A stretch of 64,000 nucleotides of DNA from Octopus bimaculoides (Eukaryota): positions 51,397,297 to 51,461,296 of the forward strand of contig NC_068997.1 of NCBI RefSeq assembly GCF_001194135.2, in the 5' to 3' direction. The notes beneath the pieces were generated by a model. That model was not told where the DNA came from. It saw nothing but the letters and a program-made list of their open reading frames with translations, and did no database searches. Shown here in pieces: positions 26,041-39,234 of the stretch. Numbering within the stretch: the first letter of the stretch is position 1; each line of letters opens with the position of its first letter. Position numbers and translations under genes: made by a program.

Positions 26041-27521
26041 AATATATAATATATGTAGGACAGATCTAATTTTACTTGGTAAATAATTCAATGATATTAC
26101 ATACAATTCTTACCATTAAAAGTTAAAATCAAAACAGAAAATAATCCGGATACATAACGTACCGTATTTTCTGCCAGGCACTGATCGTTTTTAGCGATGG
26201 AAAGGCGACGTTTATCACCATTTATTTTTCAAGGCCTCTGAGACTGTTTGCAGGAAGTGAAAATGTTTCCCCCTGTATAAAAAGGGATCTAACTCCTTTT
26301 GTTGCAACGATGAAATGTACTAAAGGAATACAAGGATCAAGAGATTGCAGTGTCGCGATCCAAGAACTCAGATTGTAAAGCGCAGATACAAATATGGCAA
26401 GACATTGCCAGACGTTAACGGAATCTGCACGAAAAGCGGGCGAGAATTAGGACAGCAATCATTTAGCAGCGAATCAGCTTTGCATGCTTGCAAATAGAAT
26501 GAACTCCTCAAAAGGCACTTAAGGATTAGTTAGAAGGATTAAAACGGGAGACCGATTAAGTGTAGTATTCGACAACACAGAAGACAAAAAGAACGGAAGA
26601 AATACCATAAGGCATTCCGTCTCATATCTCTAACACTAACGACAATGTAACGCTCTGGACTCTATGCTATGCACTTATAATATAATGTATATATATATAT
26701 ATATATTGCATACATAAGGCTTTGCTTTGCGGCTTCAACTTCTTGGATTCATTTCGTTACAAGGGCATAAGTATATAAATGGAAAATGCAAACACATACA
26801 AACAAAATCACACACACACATGTATACAAATACGCATGCAAGGTAAAGCAAAACACACACATACATAGAAGTAGACACACACAAGTGTTCGCACACACAC
26901 GCACACATACACAAATGTTCGTACACATACACACATATTTATACAAGCATACGTACAGATGTAGGATACTTAGACGTACATGCGTAGATATATACTGGGA
27001 CGTATATACACAAGGCACCATACACCTACACGACCATTTAGACGCATCGACAGGGAGACACCTACAGAAATATACGAAACCACAGGAAGCCATGTCTCCA
27101 CTTACACCCGCGTACATTAAGATCCGTATTCACACGTACAGGTAACCGTGTACACACATACAAAACGAAATACAGAAGGGCAGGCTCACACCCACATCTC
27201 CTTTTCTAATGATTATAATATCAGAGAACCAGAAGACAACTTTAGAAAGCATTAATTTGGAATGATTCAGTTTAAATCATATGAATACGTACGCACGCAC
27301 GCACGCACTGCATGTATGTACATACGTGTGTGTGTGTGTGTCGGATGGACTAGCTGTGGTGGATAGATTACGCCTACCTCAAAATCTTATTTTCTTTCCC
27401 GATGGAAATCACACAGGTTTTATGTAATAGAATCTTAGCGTAAAATATATTACGCAAACACATACAGCTACTTCTTACAAAGCACACACACACATAGATA
27501 TTACTCATACATATACACACA

Positions 27522-27552
<31 letters not shown>

Positions 27553-28339
27553 TGATACATTCACATACAAACATATTACATTATATAATGACTTTACTTC
27601 CTTTAATTGTTCCAGTGCAAAGGCTGTGGCCATGCTGAGACACCACACCACCAATCACGTGCACGCCCACATATATGATGGCTGTCCACTTGTGACCGAA
27701 GAAGATTATCACCGAGCATTAAGAACATTGTGTACTTAGAAAAATTTACACTTTACACTGATGTCTAATGAGCCCAGCTCTTGAGAAACACACACATTTG
27801 CAAATAATACAAATCTTGCTCTATACAATGGCGGCGCATTTTGGAGTAGCTCTCTTAATACATAAAGCGCGAAGGGCCACGATTGTGGTTGTCAGGCACA
27901 GGTCGACAGGCCCCGATCGTCGCCCAGATAGATGCATTTAATCTATGGGCGTTTTCTGGGGGTCTCATGTCGCTCAAACGCTTCGATATCCCCGCAGAAT
28001 CCAAGAGAACTAATAGTTCAGCTAATGACTTATCAGATTATATAAAACTTGCCACCATTTTATAATTTACGTTCTGAGTTCAAATTCTATCGAGATCGTC
28101 TTTGCCTTTCATCCTTTCGGGGTCGATAAATTAAGTACCAGTTGCGTACTGAAGTCGATCTAATCGACTGGGCCCATCCCCCCAAATTTTCGGGCCTTGT
28201 GCCTAAGCAAAAAAGATTATATACTAAGATATTTTAACAATTTTTTTTTTGTGTGCATGGTGGTCTCATTTTCATAAAATGTGCTCAACTGTTCATGCTA
28301 TGTAAGTGCAACTCCCAGTGCTTTATGGGTTAAGTTCGC

Positions 28340-28700
28340 CATAGAAAATGCTCATTTTTCCGAAAACACCAACTCCTTCCGTTACTAGCCCCCTCCATTT
28401 GTGACGGTGACAAGTATCGCTTTCCGAATTGCTTTCTCGTATATCACATGCCTTCAACGGGGACTTTGCAGAATCCTTAAATCACAGTCTTGGTTCCTAC
28501 TGGAGGCGCTTTCCACAAACAAGTTTACCATAAATCATCTTCTTCGAGATTCTTCGTCCGAATAAGGTGTCCAGTCCAAAGTAAACTGGTGTTCGTGCAA
28601 CATTGTTTCAAAGTTCAGGGAGTCGGCTTTCCTCAAGACATTTGTGTCTCGAGTCCGCAAGGACTAGCAAAACGTTCAGAGCGTGTTGCGGACATCAGTG
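28340..28700 (-). mobile_element. RTE-clade LINE fragment (region C-terminal to RT), decayed
   Basis: With frameshifts the minus strand reads VLRKADSLNFETMLHEHQ..WTGHLIR...KKMIYGKLVCGKR...FKD...WRGLVTEGVGVF, matching the RTE QLRWxGHVxR...LYGEL..G.R...WR..V..G motifs. Confidence 0.8.
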
Positions 28701-29164
28701 ATGGAAGCATTCGAAGATTCTTACATGATACTTGTATACACTCATATTTACGCACATACGCAAATACATATACGTTTCCACATACACATATATACACATA
28801 TGTTCATAATCATTCTCAGTCGTTTGACTGCGGCCATGCTGGATACCTCCTTGAAGCTTCACTGGTAAAATCGTGCCGAGAGTTTATTTTGAAGTCTCGT
28901 ACTGATCCGCACAAAATTATTAAACGCGGACAAAACAGCAGCGACTGAAGAGTAGTGATGTTGGCTGCAAAATACAAACCTAAGGCCTAATGTACATTAT
29001 ATAGATGCGGGTTCGATTCACACGCGTATTATAATAGCTATTTCTTTTTCTGTTGGGGCTTTATATGCCCTAATATTAGATTATTTTCTATATTCAATAC
29101 AATGAAAATTTATATTTACAAAATCTTTACCCTAACCGTTTTTAAACTTCCACATACACACACA

Positions 29165-29389
29165 GTGGCGAGCTGGCAGAAACGTTAGCACGCCGGGCGA
29201 AATGCTTAGCGGTATTTCGTCTGCCGCTACGTTCTGAGTTCAAATTCCGCCGAGGTCGACTTTGCCTTTCATCCTTTCGGGGTCGATTAAATAAGTACCA
29301 GTTACGCACTGGGGTCGATATAATCGACTTAATCCGTTTGTCTGTCATTGTTTGTTCCCTCTGTGTGTAGCCCCTTGTGGGTAGTAAAG

Positions 29390-29394
<5 letters not shown>
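29165..29394 (+). mobile_element. SINE family A, long-tail subfamily
   Basis: Near-consensus copy flanked by (CA)n on both sides. Confidence 0.9.
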
Positions 29395-29474
<80 letters not shown>

Positions 29475-30352
29475 TTGTCCATTTGCACCACTTAACAACC
29501 AGTATTGTTGTGTTTGCGTCCTGATAGCTTAGCAGTTTGGCAAAAGACCTCGATAAAAAAAAATGAGTTGTGAGGTTGATTCGTTCTTCTAAAGTCATGG
29601 TGGTGCCCCAGATAAATGCGTAGAGTACAATATAAAATATAATTTGCCAAATTTAGCAACCAAATCCTCATTGCACGATGGAATGGTTTAGTGCAGATAA
29701 GTTGAATTAATTCAGAACTGTGGTGATGATAATTAAAACCGTAAGTGGGCGTTACGTGGGCGATTGGGGTTCGGCTCCGACGTTCCCCCGGGACTCTTAC
29801 TATTTTCCTTATATTTCTTTTTTCTTTTGCTTATTGAGTTATTTTTTTAATTAATTCATTTAATTTCTAAAATATCATAACTGAATAATCTGTCATGCAA
29901 TAACACGTTTAAAGTTATTCTGCAAACTGTAGGGGGGGGGCGAAAAAAGGAATTGCACTTTATACGATATATAATCAAGGTTTAAACAGGGCACCGAAGA
30001 CGTTTTTTCAAGATGGAACAAAACAATTTTCGGGTGTCCTAGAGGAAGGCTTCATCTCAAAATTCGTGTATTTTGTTTTTTAATTGGAAAGGGGGGAAGA
30101 ACCGATTAGATAATTTAATATCGACGAACTCTTCTTTGACTCTCTGAGTCTCAGAGTAACCTAACTTATCTTAGGTGTTAGGAATAAGCACATTGCCAAA
30201 ATTTTTCAGGTGGTATCCATGTAGTGTAGGTGCAGTATGGCCAATGATGGAGGTTTGTTTCGCAACCACGAGGTACCCAATTTCGATACCAACACAAGAA
30301 TCTTGGGAAAAATATCATTTTGTATAACTCTGGGTCGATCCAAACCTTGTGA

Positions 30353-30520
30353 GAGAAACCGAGTAGGCGGGACCTAGAGAAACCGAGTAGGCAGGACCGA
30401 GAAAAACCGAGTAGGCGGGACCTAGAGAAACCGAGTAGGCGGGACCTAGAGAAACCGAGTAGGCGGGACCTAGAGAAACCGAGTAGGCGGGACAGAGAGA
30501 AACCGAGTAGGCGGGACTCA
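30353..30520. repeat. Minisatellite: 7 copies of 24 bp (GAGAAACCGAGTAGGCGGGACCTA)
   Basis: Seven exact or near-exact units counted directly. Confidence 0.95.
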
Positions 30521-31219
30521 CAAATGTCCTTGGGTGAATTGAATCTGCGATTCAAATGGTACAGCTTTATCACACACTCTGTCACGTTGATCTTGCTTGC
30601 GAATTACTTTAACGGTACATGTGTCTGTGGAGTACTCAGCCCCTTAGACGCTTATTCTAGAGCAGATAATTCAGTTGATCCAACGACGGAAATCCACTGC
30701 CCACTATTTACTCAGTATGGAGTGATACAGCTCTAATGCTATTTTCACCTGGCTTTGCTAATAATGTAAAATAAACAGTATTTTGTCGACAATTCCCAAC
30801 TGCTAACCCGAACTTCAACCATCGAAGATACAAATTCATTCTAGTAATGCTTGCAAAGTCTTTCGAGAGGATTCAACGAACCTCACCAGTATCCGACATC
30901 CTTCAAGGCTGGAAGCTTTTATGGTTAATCAGAATTTTTTTTATCGTGTAATCGTGAGGAAGAGAACATACCCGCGAGGCTTTGCAGGGAGTCCAAGATT
31001 TGTAGAAAGGAGAGAGGGAGGCCTCCTCCACAAACCGAAGATCTGGCCTGAATGCTTGCAACAGTGTGAATGCTGCTCAAGGTAATCAAGTGACCAGTAG
31101 CAGAATGTGTCCCACCCGAGGTATTTTTTGAATTTGCTGCTCCAATCCTGGTCCCTACTCATACTTCAGTTTGCCATTCCTCTCCACTGGCCTTCATACC
31201 TATGCAGGCTTATACAGCA

Positions 31220-32080
31220 GACCCAAATGTGCCGCTACCATAAATGCGTCGCCCGGGGAGAACTTCCTCTACTCCCAGCTGCACTAGTGCAAGAGACTCA
31301 AGAAACAGATTTAAATTTGAAGATGGATTAAGTCTATTAGCGAAGAAGAAATAACAGACTAATGTTGACAGGTGTTAGAGAAAATTGTAAAATAGTAGGG
31401 GAAGAAGGAAGGGTTAGATTTGTCGAGTGAAGTTCACAAGTCATTATCGACTCTCCCCTTCAAGTAGTTTCACTTCATTTGCAAAGATTATTGTTCTAGG
31501 TATGATTTCAAGTTCCATCCCGTAGTGGGGCCCCAGCTCTGGAGTTGTAGTGTTTGGAGGAGTGCGGAACCATCTCTTCACCACAATTATTCCCAGGTCT
31601 ACTCTGACCCAGAGTTGTAGCACTGGTCAGGGTCTCAGTGATGGGTTAACTAACATGTACCAGAATCTACTTCAGAAGGTCACTCATAAGGACTCCAACC
31701 GATCCGGGGAAATGAGGACTGTAGATCATCTAGATGAAGGTAAAAAAATCCTGAATTCTGCTAAGTACTGTGCTCAAGACACCTGTTGCCCCAGACTAAT
31801 ACAAATTTGAAGAACGATAGAATGGGACTGGTTCTGCATAAACAGTGCCCACTATAATAATAAACCCCTGCTGACTTGTGGCGTAATTTGAGCGTTTAGA
31901 AAAGCTAAGGGAGTAAACGCCTACAGAAAATCCCGAGGGAAAGTTACTAAGGCAGACCCAATATCTGGTTTCCCCCGCAGCTTCACGGATGCTGCGAACT
32001 AATTGAGTTGTCATACCATGAGTGGTGTATCTAAGAGTGGAAAGATGGTACGTGTACTTAAGGGGAGAAATTTACTTCTG
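31220..32080 (+). mobile_element. Highly decayed Ty3/Gypsy internal remnant (gag knuckle-like and integrase N-terminus-like segments)
   Basis: YHKCVARGE resembles the gag H..CPARG..C knuckle. DHLDEGKKILNSAKYCAQDTCCPRLIQI*RTIEWDWFC...KPLL resembles HLHEGHxG...K.RA..SVWWP.L..QI...V..C..C....EPLL. SGVSKSGKMVRVLK resembles SNG.AER.V.T.K. Many mismatches. Confidence 0.4.
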
Positions 32081-32240
32081 GAAACAGCCCAGGGACAGCA
32101 GAGATGTACAGTCTCTGCAGTACAGTTGATTTAACGATTAAAAATACCAACTAATACCAACCACATCGTTTATATTATTTGAAAATGAATGAACATCACA
32201 AAGTCTCATTGATCATTGTCTAATATTTATGTTCTTGGGA

Positions 32241-32460
32241 GGCGGTGATTTGGCAGTGTCGTTAGCATGCCGGACAAAACGCTTACCGGTATTTCGTCCG
32301 TCTTTAGGTTCTGAGCTCAAATTCCGCCGAGATCGAATTAGCTTTCATTCTTTCGGGGTCGATAACAAAGTACCAGTTAAGTACTGGAGTCAATGTAATC
32401 GACTTACTCCCTCCCCCCGAAATTGCTGGCATTGTGGCAAATTTTGAAACCAGTATTTAT
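32241..32460 (+). mobile_element. SINE family A
   Basis: Head and core recognisable. Confidence 0.85.
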
Positions 32461-33188
32461 GTCGTTATGACTACGAAAAATTAAAGCAAAAAAAAAATAC
32501 ATACATACATATATATATATATATAAACACACACACACACATATATATATACACACACACACACATATATATACACACACACACACACACACATATATAC
32601 ACACACACACACACACATATATACACACACACACACACATATATATACACACACACACACACACATATATATACNNNNNNNNNNNNNNNNNNNNNNNNNN
32701 NNNNNNNNNNNNNNNNNNNNNNNNNNNNNNNNNNNNNNNNNNNNNNNNNNNNNNNNNNNNNNNNNNNNNNNNNNNNNNNNNNNNNNNNNNNNNNNNNNNN
32801 NNNNNNNNNNNNNNNNNNNNNNNNNNNNNNNNNNNNNNNNNNNNNNNNNNNNNNNNNNNNNNNNNNNNNNNNNNNNNNNNNNNNNNNNNNNNNNNNNNNN
32901 NNNNNNNNNNNNNNNNNNNNNNNNNNNNNNNNNNNNNNNNNNNNNNNNNNNNNNNNNNNNNNNNNNNNNNNNNNNNNNNNNNNNNNNNNNNNNNNNNNNN
33001 NNNNNNNNNNNNNNNNNNNNNNNNNNNNNNNNNNNNNNNNNNNNNNNNNNNNNNNNNNNNNNNNNNNNNNNNNNNNNNNNNNNNNNNNNNNNNNNNNNNN
33101 NNNNNNNNNNNNNNNNNNNNNNNNNNNNNNNNNNNNNNNNNNNNNNNNNNAACAACAACAACAACAACGAAAGAGAATAACGAACGGA

Positions 33189-33236
<48 letters not shown>

Positions 33237-33939
33237 AAAACAACAACAAAAGCGGAACCTAGATTTCCAGGAGGAATGGAATTGTATAGAATCTTGAAAT
33301 GTGTCACTGAGTGAGGACGGAAATCCTATCTGAACAACAACAACAACAACGTACAATATAAAAGTGTCATTAGTTGCCGAGTTCAGATTGTTATCTCCTG
33401 CTTAATGATATTATACGATCGTCTTATCTTACCGTACACAAACTACGTATTTTATTTGGGGACTTTTTATTATCATTTTTGTTATTTTTTTTTCATTTCA
33501 CATTTGCAAAATATAGAGAAGGGAAAGAAAGAAGGGTTCAGGATTAACTGTGAAAGGAGCTGGAGGGGAAAAAGGGATAGAAAATAAGCAACTTTTAGGA
33601 ACAGAACTACACACACACACACACACACAGGGTTATTATAAAGTATTTATGAAATTTGAAATATTAAATTTCTAAGTCTCTAGTTTTATATATAATGGAA
33701 TTAATCTGCAAAAGATATTTAATAAACTAACGCATCTATTTTATCGACGTCAAGAGAGGACTTTATTATAATTGATTATTAATTTTAAAAATTAGAATTA
33801 CTTTAAACTGTGAAGGCAATATTTGAGCTCAAAACGCTATAATCCAGAACAAAAGACAAAAAAAAAGAACAAACATTTTTCAACGATTGCATCAATCTTC
33901 TGAGACAAGTGCAATAGTTACAGTTTACCNNNNNNNNNN

Positions 33940-33983
<44 letters not shown>

Positions 33984-34178
33984 GAAATACAATAAAACAG
34001 CGAATCTTGCAATTACGGGAGTTTAAGACAAACGGCAAAGAGTGGAACATATGCAGGGAAATGGGTTTTCATGTTTGTTTGACTTGTTGAATAATTATTT
34101 TGAGGAGAAAAAATAGGGGAAACGAAAGCACCAAAATAACAACAACAACAACAACAACGAAAGAGAATAACGAACGGA

Positions 34179-34226
<48 letters not shown>

Positions 34227-35518
34227 AAAACAACAACAAAAGCGGAACCTAGATTTCCAGGAGGAATGGAATTGTATAGAATNNNNNNNNNNNNNNNNNN
34301 NNNNNNNNNNNNNNNNNNNNNNNNNNNNNNNNNNNNNNNNNNNNNNNNNNNNNNNNNNNNNNNNNNNNNNNNNNNNNNNNNNNNNNNNNNNNNNNNNNNN
34401 NNNNNNNNNNNNNNNNNNNNNNNNNNNNNNNNNNNNNNNNNNNNNNNNNNNNNNNNNNNNNNNNNNNNNNNNNNNNNNNNNNNNNNNNNNNNNNNNNNNN
34501 NNNNNNNNNNNNNNNNNNNNNNNNNNNNNNNNNNNNNNNNNNNNNNNNNNNNNNNNNNNNNNNNNNNNNNNNNNNNNNNNNNNNNNNNNNNNNNNNNNNN
34601 NNNNNNNNNNNNNNNNNNNNNNNNNNNNNNNNNNNNNNNNNNNNNNNNNNNNNNNNNNNNNNNNNNNNNNNNNNNNNNNNNNNNNNNNNNNNNNNNNNNN
34701 NNNNNNNNNNNNNNNNNNNNNNNNNNNNNNNNNNNNNNNNNNNNNNNNNNNNNNNNNNNNNNNNNNNNNNNNNNNNNNNNNNNNNNNNNNNNNNNNNNNN
34801 NNNNNNNNNNNNNNNNNNNNNNNNNNNNNNNNNNNNNNNNNNNNNNNNNNNNNNNNNNNNNNNNNNNNNNNNNNNNNNNNNNNNNNNNNNNNNNNNNNNN
34901 NNNNNNNNNNNNNNNNNNNNNNNNNNNNNNNNNNNNNNNNNNNNNNNNNNNNNNNNNNNNNNNNNNNNNNNNNNNNNNNNNNNNNNNNNNNNNNNNNNNN
35001 NNNNNNNNNNNNNNNNNNNNNNNNNNNNNNNNNNNNNNNNNNNNNNNNNNNNNNNNNNNNNNNNNNNNNNNNNNNNNNNNNNNNNNNNNNNNNNNNNNNN
35101 NNNNNNNNNNNNNNNNNNNNNNNNNNNNNNNNNNNNGTAAAAATGTAAAAGATTAAAATTTTTAGATAAAAAATTCTTTCTCAGAAAGAAACAACCCCTT
35201 TCCAAATTCGCTGTCTTTTTTTTCTCCTCCATGAGGTAGTGATAAGCTATTTCGAAAGCATGCCGATCAGAAATTACAACTGCCTCACGAAACGAGCGTA
35301 GTGATAAAAATTAATTAAAAAGTATCATAATTAAAAAAAAAAAAAAAAATTACATCAATAAATACGAAATACTTGGTTCGAATGAATTTAGTCGATACTT
35401 TAACACAATATTCAAAAGAATTCTTACCTTTTAAAAATTAAAATTTTAAAGTTGCAAGTTTCACAAATTGAGTAAATATTATATATTCCGTTTGAATTCT
35501 GTTTAGCTCGTTCAAAAC

Positions 35519-35543
35519 ATGGCGTCGTTACAAGCCCATATAG
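35519..35543 (+). CDS. Candidate first coding exon (MASLQAHI, phase 1)
   Basis: ttcaaaacATGGCGTCG gives an A-rich Kozak context and a YY1-like ATGGCG motif; donor AG|gtaaca; lies in a unique CpG-containing stretch. Confidence 0.3.
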
Positions 35544-35697
35544 GTAACATATCCGGAATGAAGTAAATACAAACGAAGCATATGATTCGTTGAAATTCGA
35601 TTTTTCTAAGGAAAACTTCTATTTTCACGCCTACCCAGATTCACACGTAAACGCACACATACAAAGATGTACACATACAAAGATGTAGTCACTGTAA

Positions 35698-37015
35698 GGC
35701 GGCGAGCTGGCAGAAACGTTAGCACACCGGGCGAAATGCTTAACAGTATTTCGTCTGCCGTTACGTTCTGAGTTCAAATTCCGCCGAGGTCGACTCTACC
35801 TTTCATCCTTTCGGTGTCGATAAATTAAGTACCAGTTACGCACTGTAATCGACTTAATCCGTTTGTCTGTTCTTGTTTGTCCCCTCTATGTTTAGCCCCT
35901 TGTGGGCAATAAAGAAATAAGAAACGTTAGCACGCCGGGCAAAATGTTTATCGGTATTTCGTCTATCTTTACGTTCTGAGTTCAAATTCCGCCGAGGTCG
36001 ACTTTGCCTTTCATCCTTTCGGGGTCGATAAAATAAGTACCAGTTGCGTACTGGATGGGGGTTGATGTACCCAACCTATTCCCTCCTCCGAAATTATTGA
36101 CCCTCTGCCAAAATTTATAATCATAGTTACTAAGGTGTCAAAGGCTGCTAACCTGCAGAATCGTTACCATACCAGACAAAAAGAAAAAAATGTTTAGCGG
36201 CATTTCTTCCGGTTCTGTGCGTTCCAGGTTCAAATTCCGCCGATGCCGATTTTGCTTTTCATCCCCTCGGAGTCGATGAAACAAGTACCAGTTGAGCACT
36301 GGGTTCGATGTAATTGACTTACCCACCTCTCTACAATTTTCAGACCTTGTGCCAATTAGTAGGAAGAATTATTAGTTCTAAGGTGGCAAACTGGCAGAAT
36401 TGTTAGTATGCCGGACAAAATGCTCACCGGTGTTTTTTACGTTCTGAGTTCAAATATAACTGTGGTTAACTTTGCCTTTCATCTTTTCGGGGTCGGTGAA
36501 ATACGTACAAGTTCAACACTGAGCTCGATGTTATCGACTTACCAATCCCTCTAAACTGTTCAGGGTGGTCAGGCGGCTGGGTATATCAACGGGAGAATAG
36601 TAAACCTGCTCTCCCGGAATCACTGAGGCGTAGCAATCAAGAAACAACTATTTTGGTGGTGTTGGGATGGTAATCAATATAGAATGGTTGATGAAGGCTG
36701 CGGGGAGGTGAAGAGGGGAAGAACGAGACGTATACTTAGAAATCTAGCCAACCTTAATTGCTGTCAGCTGTTTTGTATTGATACTCTTCCATTTCTTATA
36801 ATATGCGTTGAAAGAAGCAGCTGAACTGGGAAAATCGTTATAACACCAGGCAAAATGCTTCTGTACGTTCCGGGTTCAAATTTCGCCGAGGTCGACTTTG
36901 CCTGTCATCCTTTTCGGGTTCGATAAATTAGGTACCAGTGAAACACTGGAGTCGATGTAATCGACTAGTCCCCCCCCCCACAAAATTTCAGGCCTTGTGC
37001 CTATAGTAGAAACGA
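35698..37015 (+). mobile_element. Cluster of about five same-orientation family A SINEs (35698, 35920, about 36135, 36380 and 36815)
   Basis: Repeated family A heads and cores of varying divergence. Confidence 0.85.
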
Positions 37016-37740
37016 CGAAAATGCTTAGTTGAGAACCACTGCTTTATATAATTGAGAAAGAATTAAAGCATGAAACGGCGGACATTCAAACAAACGGACA
37101 ACTTCCGTTGTGAAGGTTCTCAAGCGGAAGTCACTAAGAAGGCTATAGAAACTAGACTTGGTACAGCTTGGACAGCACAGGGGAAAACGTACATATTGTG
37201 GATAAGGGGTGCCTCGAGATGCACAGTTGTTAAATAGTTTGCGCATATATTTTGAGCATTTTTAGAAATTTCATTTTTACAAACTAGAAACTTCAATATA
37301 AAAGAGAGAACTAGAACACAGTCGTTGTTTTCAAAACAAGCTTTTCTTTCTTTCTTTTTTTTTTCAATACATACACTCAGACACATGTTTGTATACACAC
37401 ACAGACATCTTTATGGATATATACACACGTGGATACACACACACACATGTATATTTATTTATATATGTATNNNNNNNNNNNNNNNNNNNNNNNNNNNNNN
37501 NNNNNNNNNNNNNNNNNNNNNNNNNNNNNNNNNNNNNNNNNNNNNNNNNNNNNNNNNNNNNNNNNNNNNNNNNNNNNNNNNNNNNNNNNNNNNNNNNNNN
37601 NNNNNNNNNNNNNNNNNNNNNNNNNNNNNNNNNNNNNNNNNNNNNNNNNNNNNNNNNNNNNNNNNNNNNNNNNNNNNNNNNNNNNNNNNNNNNNNNNNNN
37701 NNNNNNNNNNNNNNNNNNNNNNNNNNNNNNNNNNNNNNNN

Positions 37741-37799
<59 letters not shown>

Positions 37800-37903
37800 A
37801 TGCGTGTATTTGTGTGCGTTTGTATAACTGTGTGTCCATTTATTATTTTTGTAAGTTAGGAACCGAAATCGTTTATAAAATAGCTACTACAACTACTACT
37901 ACA

Positions 37904-37935
<32 letters not shown>

Positions 37936-38199
37936 CTCTACTAAGTGACATGATGATGTCATGTTAGATTTCTTACGACAACAAACAACTGTGAAACATT
38001 ATTGGAACTCCATGTGAGGTTGTTTATATTAACAGCATCATCATCATCTTCATGGTGATGATGACGACAACCATCGTCATCATCGTAGTCGTCATCATCA
38101 ACTATACACCCTCCCCTACTCCTCCCCATCATTACCACCACCACCACCACCACCACCATCATCACCATCGTCAAGAATAGTAATAATCGGTTTCATATT

Positions 38200-38395
38200 T
38201 TGGCACAAGGCCTGGAATTTTAGGAGAGGGAGTTCTGTCGAATACATCGGGCCCCAGCGCTCAGCTGGTACTTATTTCATCGACTCAGAAAGGTTGAAAG
38301 GCAAGGTCGACCTCGGCGGAATTTGAACTTAAAGATGGACGAAATGCCGCTAAGCATTTTGTCCGGCATGTTAACGATTCTGCCAGCTTGCCTCT
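38200..38395 (-). mobile_element. SINE family A
   Basis: Reverse complement of head and core. Confidence 0.85.
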
Positions 38396-39184
38396 CCTAT
38401 CAAGAACACTAATATCAACAACAACAACAACAGCAGCAGCAGCAGTAGTAGTAGTACGAGTTATAACGTTATCCGCTCGACCGTATTTTCCATCGGTGAC
38501 CATCCAGTCTTTCATTCAATCACAGTATTTTTAAGACGATCCAATGAACCCTTAAAATACTGCTGCGAAGCCCCAATTTATTAATTTNNNNNNNNNNNNN
38601 NNNNNNNNNNNNNNNNNNNNNNNAACCTTACATGGAGCCATAGGGGTCACATGGACCGTTGTTGAGAACCATAGAGAAAAAGAATTAAAACATTAAACGG
38701 CAAACATTCAAACAAACGGACAACTCCTTTCCAAAGACCGCATCGTATAAATTGAGGGAGACGCTTGTCGTTATAACCGTCAAGTCGAGTATCCACAACA
38801 CAGAACTGGGTTCCCTATAAAGAACAGGAATTCCCCCTTTGACTATTTTTAGTCGGTCGGGTGTGATTTGTGAACGATTCGGCCGTTATTTCTTGATGAG
38901 AGAGCGCGAATTGAAGGATATTTGGTTGTTATTTCTAGTTGGTGGAGTATGATTTGTGAAAGCCTCGGCTGCTATTTCTATGATTTTGAAGGAGATTTGG
39001 TTGCTATTTCTAGCAGGCCATGTGGCCACCTAGAGATTCCCTTACCATTGTTGTAGTCAGTGTCGCTGCTATGATTATTGTGGTAAAAAGTAATGTATCG
39101 GATAGGGTGCCAGTGGCGTTGTTAGTGTTGGTGGTAATGTTGATATAACGAGATCAGGGTCAAACAATTTGGGTGGCATAAAAC

Positions 39185-39234
<50 letters not shown>

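Noticed and set aside
30178-30585. SRLLGFSR or EKPSRRDL repeats as a neuropeptide precursor or CRISPR array
   Set aside because: No signal peptide or G-K/R amidation sites; the units are contiguous with no spacers, so it is a minisatellite.
33151-34282. Identical 140-bp duplication (33151-33291 and 34139-34282)
   Set aside because: Apparently identical and both copies abut N gaps; most likely an assembly overlap artefact.
35232-35287. TGAGGTAGT...ACTGCCTCA as a let-7 paralogue
   Set aside because: Only the first 9 nt match let-7, the stem is about 14 nt with a 2x2 mismatch, and I saw no mir-100 or mir-125 nearby. Probably chance.
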